Positions 18,876 through 26,470 of a stretch of 33,963 nucleotides of DNA are shown piece by piece. This stretch comes from an uncultured Muribaculaceae bacterium (GTDB lineage: Bacteria; Bacteroidota; Bacteroidia; Bacteroidales; Muribaculaceae): the NCBI GenBank assembly GCA_947173755.1, contig CAMWGM010000001.1, positions 1-33,963 on the forward strand. Reading direction: 5' to 3'. A program made the translations under genes and the position numbers. The notes below the pieces were generated by a model. The model was not told the origin of the DNA. It made no database searches and worked only from the letters and a program-made list of their open reading frames with translations. Positions within the stretch are counted from its first letter, which is position 1. Each line of letters opens with the position of its first letter.

Positions 18876-19418
18876 TCAGGCTTCTTCGTCGAGGATGTAG
18901 ATGTCTTTCAGATTGCGTGCCAGCCCGTCGATGTCGAGACCGTAGCCGATGATGAATTTCTTGGGGATCTCAAAGCCGATATAGTCGGGGTCGACTTTCA
19001 CCTGAAGGGCGTCGGGCTTGAAGAGGAGAGTGGCGATGGCGATTGAAGCGGGCTGTTTTGCGCGCAGATCGTCGATCAGTTTCGCCATGGTGCGACCGGT
19101 GTCGATGATGTCTTCGACGAGAATCACGTGGCGACCCTTGATGTCGTCTATCAGGCCCATCACTTCCTTGATTTTTCCTGTGGTGGAAGTGCCTTCGTAA
19201 CTCTTGAGCCGGATGAAGGAGATCTCGGCGTCGATGTCTGTGGCACGGAAGAGGTCGACGGCAAAAGGCGCAGCGCCGTTTAGCACACAGAGAAACAACG
19301 GACACTTTCCTTCATAGTCGGCGGCTATGCGTGCTCCGAGTGCCTCGACACGCTCATCGATCTGCGATTTCTCTATATACTGACGAAAAGTCAGCCCCTG
19401 ATAGGATTTACGTTTCAT
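18876..19418 (-). CDS. hpt: Hypoxanthine phosphoribosyltransferase
   Basis: VLNGA, SYEGTSTTG, VILVEDIIDTGRT PRPP motif, FIIGYGLD, RNL. Start set to ATG 19418. Confidence 0.96.
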   Translation of the reverse strand: MKRKSYQGLTFRQYIEKSQIDERVEALGARIAADYEGKCPLFLCVLNGAAPFAVDLFRATDIDAEISFIRLKSYEGTSTTGKIKEVMGLIDDIKGRHVILVEDIIDTGRTMAKLIDDLRAKQPASIAIATLLFKPDALQVKVDPDYIGFEIPKKFIIGYGLDIDGLARNLKDIYILDEEA

Positions 19419-19435
19419 AACGGTCAATTTGGGGA

Positions 19436-19443
19436 CAAAGTTA
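19436..19443 (-). promoter_or_regulatory. -7 promoter box for hpt-adk-xseB-peptidase
   Basis: Minus strand TAACTTTG 17 nt before ATG 19418. Confidence 0.7.
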
Positions 19444-19594
19444 TGAATTTTTTTTTAATTACAGGCAATTTTGGGGACGGAATTTGGAAATTGATGCCGG
19501 GTGCGCGACGACTGAAAAATCGTGCCCGAAAAATTGCTGCTGTCGGAAAACCGTTATGGAAACGTCACAGAGATTTCCGTGATGAAAAGGGTAT

Positions 19595-19698
19595 AAAAAA
19601 ATGAGGGGGAGCTTCACAGCTGCCCCCCACGCTTTAACCTAACTTTTTGTTGACTTTTACTTTTGATAGTAGCTATATGCCTCTGACGTTAAATTTGC
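19595..19698 (-). ncRNA. Candidate intergenic sRNA (~100 nt)
   Basis: Own TAATTTTG box (19710-19703). A-rich body with GUUAGGUUAAA. Terminator GGGGG(C)AGCU-GUGA-AGCUCCCCC followed by U7. No ORF with an ATG start within it. Confidence 0.7.
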
Positions 19699-19702
19699 AG
19701 AA

Positions 19703-19710
19703 CAAAATTA
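19703..19710 (-). promoter_or_regulatory. -7 promoter box for the sRNA candidate
   Basis: Minus strand TAATTTTG; its context is nearly identical to the mdh promoter (TCACTAATTTTGTyCTG). Confidence 0.65.
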
Positions 19711-19862
19711 GTGATAAAATTTGGATTTTTACCCCCCCCGTATATTAAAATTTGTTAAATCGAGCGGTTTAGGTAACTTTTTGTCCGTTTTACGCTCGTT
19801 TTTACGCTGTTTTGGGGATTTTGTAGCATATTACGGGAAATCCCGGGGATAGAAATAACTAA

Positions 19863-19894
19863 ACGTGCACCCCCAACAAGGAGAGGGTGCACGT
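19863..19894 (-). terminator. Probable terminator of susC-susD
   Basis: Perfect 10-bp inverted repeat ACGTGCACCC / GGGTGCACGT about 60 nt after the susD stop, followed on minus by TTAGTTATTT. Confidence 0.7.
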
Positions 19895-19953
19895 CGCACG
19901 ATTAGCTTAGTCTACATCTGCCGGGGGCGGCAGGGTAGGGGGTGCAGGACTTA

Positions 19954-21741
19954 TCAGAAACCGGGGTTCTGGAAGTTGGCTCCATTCGAGATAACGTCAG
20001 TATAGGCCTGAGGTATGGGATGGAGAGCATATTCGGGTTTGAAGTACTGAGCTAGTTCGGGATGTGTTGCGCGGAGGTAATCAGCATTCTTGAGCATGCC
20101 TGTACGCTTGAGGTCGTAGAAGCGGGTGAACTCGCCGCAAAGTTCGCGGCCACGTTCGTCGAGGACGGTGCGGATTGTTGCAGTGCCACCGAGTTGTTTA
20201 GCACCTGCGCGGTTGCGGACCTTGTTGATGTAGCCCATTGCTGCGCCACCACCGTTGAGGAGAATATCATATTCGGCAGCGATCAGGTAGACTTCCGACA
20301 TACGCATGGCGAAGAGAAGGTTCATGTTGCCGAAACGGAGTTTCTTGAGGTTGGCGTCGAAGTAGTTGGATGAGCAGTGCTTGTTGAGCGAGGGATAGAA
20401 GTAGCGGTAGTGGTTTTCGCCGGCACCCTTGGTCATGATGATTGATTTGTCGCCATCCTTATAGACATCCTTGTACTCTACGAGGATGTAGGGACTGTTG
20501 GCTTTGTTTGCAACCTCAGTAGCATAGTTGGCATCCTGAGGCATGACGATACGGATTGCGAGGTCGCCTTCGGCGAGGGGTGTGCCTTTAAGAGTAACTG
20601 CCTTGTCATAGTTGGCGCAGTCGCCTTCGGTCCATGCATATGCCTGGTTTGCATTCCACTCCGTGATGAACGATTTGTGGAAACGGGGATCAAGTGTGCC
20701 ATCTTCCTGAACATAGAGACTGAGGAGATGCTGGGTGGGCATGAAGTCGCCTGCAGCGCCACCATCCCAAGCCTTGACAGAAGCCTCTGTGCCAAAGATA
20801 CGGGCACCGAAGTGGTTGAGCTGGCACATGAAGTGGTTGTCGTTCATGTTTAGTTTATGGTTGCCGAGGCTGGCACCCTTGGGATTGATGGAGTATTTCC
20901 AGAGCGCTTCCTTGTTGGTCTTGTTGTTTGACTCGGCGAAGATATCCTCATAAGCGGGATACATGTAGCAACCATATTTAGCGCCACCGTTCTCGCAGTC
21001 GGAAATGAGATCCTTGGCAGCATCGTAACCTTCCTGGAGGAATTCGGTCGTTCCATACTGCTGGGTTGCGAGGCAAGCCTTGGCGAGCATGCCGAGAGCA
21101 GCCTTCTTGGTGGGATTGTTGTCGAATGTATCGTCACCCTTGGGGAGCCATTTTACGGCGAAGCGGAGATCGGGGATGATGAACTGACGGTAGATGTCGA
21201 TCGGCTCGGTACGTTCGGGGCTGTAGATAACATCAAGCACATTCTCGTCGAGTGCGACCACGCCTCCGAAGAGTTCGACGAGGTGGTAGTAGTAGACGGC
21301 ACGGAGATAATGGGCGGCTGCAACAACAGTGTTGCGCTCTTCATCGGTGTTGAAGGGGCAGGTCGGGGCGAGACGGATAGCAATATTACAACCGCCGATG
21401 CCGTCATATGCCGCATTCCAGAATGCGTTCATGTAGGTGATGTCGGGCATCGCGTTGGCATAGAACTTGAAGACCTTATCGTTGACGCCAAGTTTGTTGG
21501 CCTGCGAAGTCCATAGGTCGGTGTTACCCTCGGTGAAGCGCATGAAATCTTCGGTGTTGTAGAAAGCGCGCTCGAGACCGAAGTAGCACTGGTTGATGAT
21601 TGCTTCGAAGGTTTTGGGGTCGGTGGCGAAATTTTCGATCGTCATACCGCCGGGGTTCACCTCTTCGAGCGAGCAGGAGGTGAGTGCCAGGGCTGCGCAG
21701 AGACTGCCGCCCTTGATGAGTTTCGATATGTTGAGGTTCAT
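19954..21741 (-). CDS. SusD/RagB family outer-membrane lipoprotein
   Basis: Lipobox LTSC, WNAAYDGIGGCN, AHYLRAVYYYHLVELFGGV, RMSEVYLIAAE, INKVRNRAG, ERGRELCGEFTRFYDLKR, PIP, QNPGF. Directly downstream of susC. Confidence 0.96.
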   Translation of the reverse strand: MNLNISKLIKGGSLCAALALTSCSLEEVNPGGMTIENFATDPKTFEAIINQCYFGLERAFYNTEDFMRFTEGNTDLWTSQANKLGVNDKVFKFYANAMPDITYMNAFWNAAYDGIGGCNIAIRLAPTCPFNTDEERNTVVAAAHYLRAVYYYHLVELFGGVVALDENVLDVIYSPERTEPIDIYRQFIIPDLRFAVKWLPKGDDTFDNNPTKKAALGMLAKACLATQQYGTTEFLQEGYDAAKDLISDCENGGAKYGCYMYPAYEDIFAESNNKTNKEALWKYSINPKGASLGNHKLNMNDNHFMCQLNHFGARIFGTEASVKAWDGGAAGDFMPTQHLLSLYVQEDGTLDPRFHKSFITEWNANQAYAWTEGDCANYDKAVTLKGTPLAEGDLAIRIVMPQDANYATEVANKANSPYILVEYKDVYKDGDKSIIMTKGAGENHYRYFYPSLNKHCSSNYFDANLKKLRFGNMNLLFAMRMSEVYLIAAEYDILLNGGGAAMGYINKVRNRAGAKQLGGTATIRTVLDERGRELCGEFTRFYDLKRTGMLKNADYLRATHPELAQYFKPEYALHPIPQAYTDVISNGANFQNPGF

Positions 21742-21763
21742 TTTTAGATGAGCAATTTATGGA

Positions 21764-24700
21764 TTAGAATGTAAGGTTTACACCGAAGACAAACTGCTTG
21801 TAGGTGGGGAAGTTGTCAGATCCGCCCATTTCGGGGTCGGTGCCTTTGAGACGGGTATCGTTGACGATGATCCAGGGGTTGTAGGCTGTAGCATAGATGC
21901 GCAGACGCTCGATGAGAGCCTTGCGGGTAATCTTGCGGGGGAGTGTATAGCCGAGAGTGATGTTCTTGATCTTCACGAACGAGCCGTCAGCCACGCGGAG
22001 TGCGGGAAGGACAGTGCCCTGACGCGAGCCTGTACCGGGACGGGGATAGAATGCTCCGGGGTTTTCCTCGGTCCAGTAGTCGATGCCGGCGATCTGGTTG
22101 GTTGTGATGGAGTTTGAAGCGTTGTAGTAACCGAGAAGGCTGCTCTCGATAGTCTGACCGAAACGTCCCATAAGGAAGAACGAGAGGTCGAAGTCGCGAT
22201 AGGTGAAATTGTTGTTAAGACCGAGGATCCAGTTGGGGTTGGAGTGACCGAGGATCTTCTGGTCCTTTGTTCCGTAGGCATGGAGACCTTCATCGGAAAC
22301 TTCGTTGCCCTGATCATCGACAGTGATGTTGGGAACCGTGTTGATCTTGATGAAACCGGGTTCTACATTGTAGATTTTCATGAGATCGGGATCATCGGTT
22401 GTCTGCCAGAGACCTGCATACTCATAGTTGTAGATGCTGTGGATCGGGTGACCTTCGAAGAGTTTCGAGGCTACGATGTCGCCTTCGGGAAGCGAAACGA
22501 TCTTTTCCTTGCTCCAGGTTGCGGTGAGCGAGGTGGTCCACTGGAAGTCCTTGGTGATGATGTTGCGGCTGTTAAGAGTGATTTCGACACCGTGGTTGCG
22601 GGTCTTGGCGAGGTTCTGCCAGTTGCCGAGGGGAGAGCCCCAGCCGGTGAGACCGGATGTGATGGGCACTGTGCGCTTGAAGAGAAGGCCGTTGGTCTTT
22701 GTCTTGAACCATTCGATAGAACCGTCGAGGCGGTTTTTGATAACCGAGAAGTCGAGACCGACGTTCCAGTTGTAGGATTTTTCCCATCCGAGCATGGGGC
22801 TGGGAGTCACGCCGGTGTACTGTACGAAGGGAACTTCCTTACCACCGACTGAAACACCTGCACTTGTATAGTACCATGCCTGACCGAGAGTGCCGTATGC
22901 GCCTACGCCACCCGAGTTACCGGTGATACCGTAGCTGACGCGGATCTTGGCGTTGTCGAGCCAGTCGCGGGTGTCTTCCATGAAACCTTCCTCGGAGAGA
23001 CGCCATGCGATAGCACCTGCGGGGAATGAATCCCATTTGTGGCCTTCAGAGAACCAGCTCACACCGTCCCAGCGGTTTGAGAATGTGAAGAGGTAACGGT
23101 CCTTGAAGTTGTAGTTGACGCGGACTGCGTAAGACATCTTCTGTGTGCGGGCGTAGTCGGACTCAACGTGGATTGCTTCAGCACCCGACATGAGGCGGTG
23201 GTACTGCCATGTGTCGATGTCGAAACCGCCGCTGCCTGCGATGGTTGATTCGTTGGTGTTCTTGCTGTAAGAGGTGATGAACTGAGCACCGAATGAGTGG
23301 TCTTTGATAGTAGCGTTATAGGAGAGGATGTTTTCCCAGGTGTAGCCCCAGCCGTTGTTGTGGTTTTTCTGAGCGTAGGGCGACTTGGAGTAACTGGGAG
23401 GATTGGCGTTGGCCTTGGCGCCCCAGTACTGACCCTGACGGCTGTTGGAAAGGGTGGTGCTGATCTGCGAGCGGAAGGTGAGACCCTTCACGGGACGGAG
23501 TTCGAGGTAGCCGATCGAGTTGATATAGGTCGACTTGATATTATAGGCATACTGGTAGGGGATGAAGTCGCCAAGGGGTGAGAACTGGCCGTTGATGAAT
23601 TCGTCCTGAAGATTGCCGTTTGCATCATAGGGATCGCCGAGGGGGAATGCCGAGAGAGCCTTGGTGTAGGTGTTCTTGACGGCACGGTCGTGATCGGTGT
23701 AGGTGAGGTTGCTGGTGAAACCGATGGTGGCGAACTTGTTGATCTCCTGGTCGATGTTGAGACGCAGCGAGTAGAGATCACGCTCTTCGTTGGGGAGCAG
23801 ACCGCTTTCCTGAGAGTAGGAAGTAGAGGCGAAGATGCGGGTGGCTTTTGTGCCGCCGCTCACCGAGAGAGCATATTTCTGAGTGGTTGCGTGATGGCCG
23901 GAAGCGAGGTCGACCCAGTCGATCCATTTGTCTTCCTCGTAGGCGTCATAGTAAGCGGGATTGCCGAAGAGGGTAGCCATGTCGGAGGGATACATACCGT
24001 TGTTGTACTTGTAAGACTCACGCTGGTAGTTGATCCATTCCTCGCCGATCATACCGTTCTTGAAGTTGGCTTTGCCTGAGAAGCCATAGTATGCGTCGAA
24101 GTTGACGACAGCCTTGCCTTCCTGACCGCGCTTGGTGGTGATGATGATGACACCGTTGGCACCTGCCGAACCGTAGATAGCGGTCGAAGAAGCATCCTTG
24201 AGGACGTCGATCGACTCGATATCGCTGGGGTTGACCTGGTTGTAGGAACCGGGCAGACCGTCGATGATGAAGAGGGGCTGGTTGTCACCGTAGATAGAGC
24301 GTGAACCGCGGAGGAGGATGTTGACATCGCTACCGGTTTCGCCCGATGACTTGGTGATGTCCATACCTGCCACTTTACCCTGAAGGGCTTCCATGACGTT
24401 GTTGGTAGGAGCAACGACGACATCGGCGTTCTTCATTGAAGCGACAGCGCCGGTGAGGTCTTTACGTTTGACAGTGCCGTAACCGATGACTACGACTTCG
24501 TCGAGGAGCTCGCGGTTTTCCTTGAGCACTACATCAATGACGCTTTTACCGGCTACTTTGACAGATTGTGTGGAATAGCCGACATAACTGAAGATAAGTT
24601 CGCCGTTGTCGGGAACGTTGATTGAATAAGCGCCGTCGAAATTGGTGATAGCGGCCACTTTGGAGTCTTTGACCAGGACGCTGGCTCCGATGATCGGTTC

Positions 24701-24847
24701 GCCGGCTTCGTCGGTGACGCTACCTGTGACAGTTTTTGCTTGCGCAGTGGAAACGAGAGTCATCACTGCGATGATAAGGGTGAAAAGATACCGGCTGAAG
24801 CCTTTGATCTTTCCCCGGCTCACATCTAACATCTTACTGTTTTTCAT
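21764..24847 (-). CDS. SusC/RagA family TonB-dependent receptor
   Basis: N-terminal extension VTGSVTDEAGEPIIGASV, LDEVVVIGYG, LTGAV, LQGKVAG, PLFIIDG, DIESIDVLKDASSTAIYGSAGANGVIIITTK, C-terminal GVNLTF. Confidence 0.98.
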   Translation of the reverse strand: MKNSKMLDVSRGKIKGFSRYLFTLIIAVMTLVSTAQAKTVTGSVTDEAGEPIIGASVLVKDSKVAAITNFDGAYSINVPDNGELIFSYVGYSTQSVKVAGKSVIDVVLKENRELLDEVVVIGYGTVKRKDLTGAVASMKNADVVVAPTNNVMEALQGKVAGMDITKSSGETGSDVNILLRGSRSIYGDNQPLFIIDGLPGSYNQVNPSDIESIDVLKDASSTAIYGSAGANGVIIITTKRGQEGKAVVNFDAYYGFSGKANFKNGMIGEEWINYQRESYKYNNGMYPSDMATLFGNPAYYDAYEEDKWIDWVDLASGHHATTQKYALSVSGGTKATRIFASTSYSQESGLLPNEERDLYSLRLNIDQEINKFATIGFTSNLTYTDHDRAVKNTYTKALSAFPLGDPYDANGNLQDEFINGQFSPLGDFIPYQYAYNIKSTYINSIGYLELRPVKGLTFRSQISTTLSNSRQGQYWGAKANANPPSYSKSPYAQKNHNNGWGYTWENILSYNATIKDHSFGAQFITSYSKNTNESTIAGSGGFDIDTWQYHRLMSGAEAIHVESDYARTQKMSYAVRVNYNFKDRYLFTFSNRWDGVSWFSEGHKWDSFPAGAIAWRLSEEGFMEDTRDWLDNAKIRVSYGITGNSGGVGAYGTLGQAWYYTSAGVSVGGKEVPFVQYTGVTPSPMLGWEKSYNWNVGLDFSVIKNRLDGSIEWFKTKTNGLLFKRTVPITSGLTGWGSPLGNWQNLAKTRNHGVEITLNSRNIITKDFQWTTSLTATWSKEKIVSLPEGDIVASKLFEGHPIHSIYNYEYAGLWQTTDDPDLMKIYNVEPGFIKINTVPNITVDDQGNEVSDEGLHAYGTKDQKILGHSNPNWILGLNNNFTYRDFDLSFFLMGRFGQTIESSLLGYYNASNSITTNQIAGIDYWTEENPGAFYPRPGTGSRQGTVLPALRVADGSFVKIKNITLGYTLPRKITRKALIERLRIYATAYNPWIIVNDTRLKGTDPEMGGSDNFPTYKQFVFGVNLTF

Positions 24848-24989
24848 GATGTAATAATGATGGGTATAAAGATTATGGTAAAAAATTGTTAAAATTCAGA
24901 AGTCTTTCATGGGCGCACGGAAAAGGGCTCTCCTTTTTCCGACAGGCGTCTAAGGATTATCTTTTTATAAGAGATAATAATTGTTAATG

Positions 24990-25021
24990 CAAAATTAATA
25001 AATAATCCTATTACAAGCAAA
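24990..25021 (-). promoter_or_regulatory. Consensus promoter for susC-susD
   Basis: Minus strand TTTG (25021-25018), 20-nt spacer, TAATTTTG (24997-24990). Implies a 5' leader of about 140 nt. Confidence 0.85.
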
Positions 25022-25311
25022 TAGTTTACAGTGTTTTTCGTGGTATTTTTTTTAAAAATCTCATCTGTTGTGGCGATTGATGAGACAATATGGAATGAAG
25101 ATATTGTAAATCAGAATGATATGACGCGTCATGCTCTCTTATAAAGAGAGTGTGGTCAGAAAAATTGCTCAGTCGTCAGAGAACATATGTTTTAGGTAAA
25201 AATTAACGTTATCGATACTTCCTGATAGTAGAGAATTGAAATTAAAAACGAGTCGGTGGATCAAAATGTAGAAGAATAAATATTTTATTGGCAGAACATG
25301 TTTAACGCTTG

Positions 25312-25345
25312 AATCGGACACCCTTAAACCGCCGGGTGTCCGATT
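25312..25345. other. Isolated perfect hairpin
   Basis: AATCGGACACCC (25312-25323) / GGGTGTCCGATT (25334-25345); 12-bp stem, 10-nt loop. Confidence 0.6.
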
Positions 25346-25485
25346 GTTGTCTCTGAAAGAGATGCGATGGATCTTAATGTGGGAGGTGTGAGGGGAGTGT
25401 GATTATTTTAACCGATATTATAAATATTGATCTGTATGCTTAACTTTTTTTATGCAAAGCGAGGGGTGGGAAAAGAGCATAATGA

Positions 25486-25526
25486 AAAACTCAAGTTGCG
25501 ATGGGTGAAGTCGCGACCTGAGTTTT
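25486..25526 (-). terminator. Probable terminator of the GT2 gene
   Basis: AAAACTCAAGTTGCGA / TCGCGACCTGAGTTTT, an imperfect 16-bp stem about 30 nt after the GT2 stop, ending in T5 on minus. Confidence 0.65.
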
Positions 25527-25557
25527 ATGAGAAAATGCTATAATATAAATAAGGTGG

Positions 25558-26316
25558 TCAACTGTTGCGCCGGCGTCGCGCTTCACGATAGGCGAGGAGT
25601 TCGCCCTTGAAAGCCTGAGCGGAGATGGCACGCCCGACCGCACCCTCTAATATCCCACCCTTGCCGAGATAGGAACCGCAAAAAGCGGAGATGGCTTTCA
25701 GGTAGGGGGTGAAGGGTGTAAGAGTCTCTTCATGGCGCGATGCGATGAGCGAGCCTTTGATGGAGGAGTGACGGCGAGTCACGGCATCAAACTGGTCGGG
25801 AGTGTCGCAACGATAGTGCAGTATGTCGCCATCGATCGCTTCGGGAATTACATTGTCGCGAAACACGACTTTTTCGCCGACGTCACGCAGATTCCAGTTG
25901 GCGTAACGCTTGTCGAAGAGACGGATATGAGGGTCGGGATACCAGCCGCAGTGGCGCACGGGGTAGCCGCAATAGAAATTCAGACGCGACAGCGAGTAGA
26001 CGCGATGGGTGAAACCCTCCTCCTTGAGCCGGAGAATTGACTGGCGCAAGGCAGGCGAGATGACCTCGTCGGCATCGATCGACAGCACGTAGCGGTGGGA
26101 GGTGAGAGATGTGGCAAACTGGCGCTGGGCACCGAAGCCATTGAAAGACCGGAGTGTGACTACGGCCCCCATCGAACGTGCAATCTCGACAGTGCGGTCG
26201 GTGGAATTGGAATCGACCACGATGATTTCGTCGGCCACACCTTGCAGCGACTCGAGACAAGCCGCAATGCGTTTCTCTTCGTTGAAGGCGATGATGGTGG
26301 CAGAAATCTTTTCCAT
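25558..26316 (-). CDS. Glycosyltransferase family 2 (WaaE/KdtX-like)
   Basis: ISATIIAFNEE, ADEIIVVDSNSTDRT, GFGAQRQFA, LSIDADE (DxD), GWYPD..IRLF. Confidence 0.93.
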   Translation of the reverse strand: MEKISATIIAFNEEKRIAACLESLQGVADEIIVVDSNSTDRTVEIARSMGAVVTLRSFNGFGAQRQFATSLTSHRYVLSIDADEVISPALRQSILRLKEEGFTHRVYSLSRLNFYCGYPVRHCGWYPDPHIRLFDKRYANWNLRDVGEKVVFRDNVIPEAIDGDILHYRCDTPDQFDAVTRRHSSIKGSLIASRHEETLTPFTPYLKAISAFCGSYLGKGGILEGAVGRAISAQAFKGELLAYREARRRRNS

Positions 26317-26320
26317 GGGG

Positions 26321-26351
26321 CAAAGTTATACAAAAAGATTGTGCGTGCAAA
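26321..26351 (-). promoter_or_regulatory. Consensus promoter directly abutting the GT2 start codon
   Basis: Minus strand TTTG (26351-26348), 19-nt spacer, TAACTTTG (26328-26321), then CCCC-ATG. Confidence 0.8.
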
Positions 26352-26431
26352 ATTTGTAGTAGGAAAAATCGAAATTGGGGAAGGGGGGCTAAAATTTCAG
26401 TTTCAGAGCGGTGAAGTTGAGAAGAATTTTG

Positions 26432-26439
26432 TAATTTTG
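26432..26439 (+). promoter_or_regulatory. -7 promoter box for the pyrG-yidC operon
   Basis: TAATTTTG 31 nt before GTG 26471. Confidence 0.7.
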
Positions 26440-26470
26440 CATTTTAAATCACCAACCAATCTCACAGAGT

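Noticed and set aside
19425-19478. Direct repeat CAATTT(T)GGGGAC around the hpt promoter
   Set aside because: Two short copies in low-complexity DNA; too little support to call an operator.
24848-25557. Invertible promoter for susC
   Set aside because: The only inverted pair flanking the promoter is itself palindromic (operator-like), and no recombinase is in the window. Read-level inversion data would be needed to exclude it fully.
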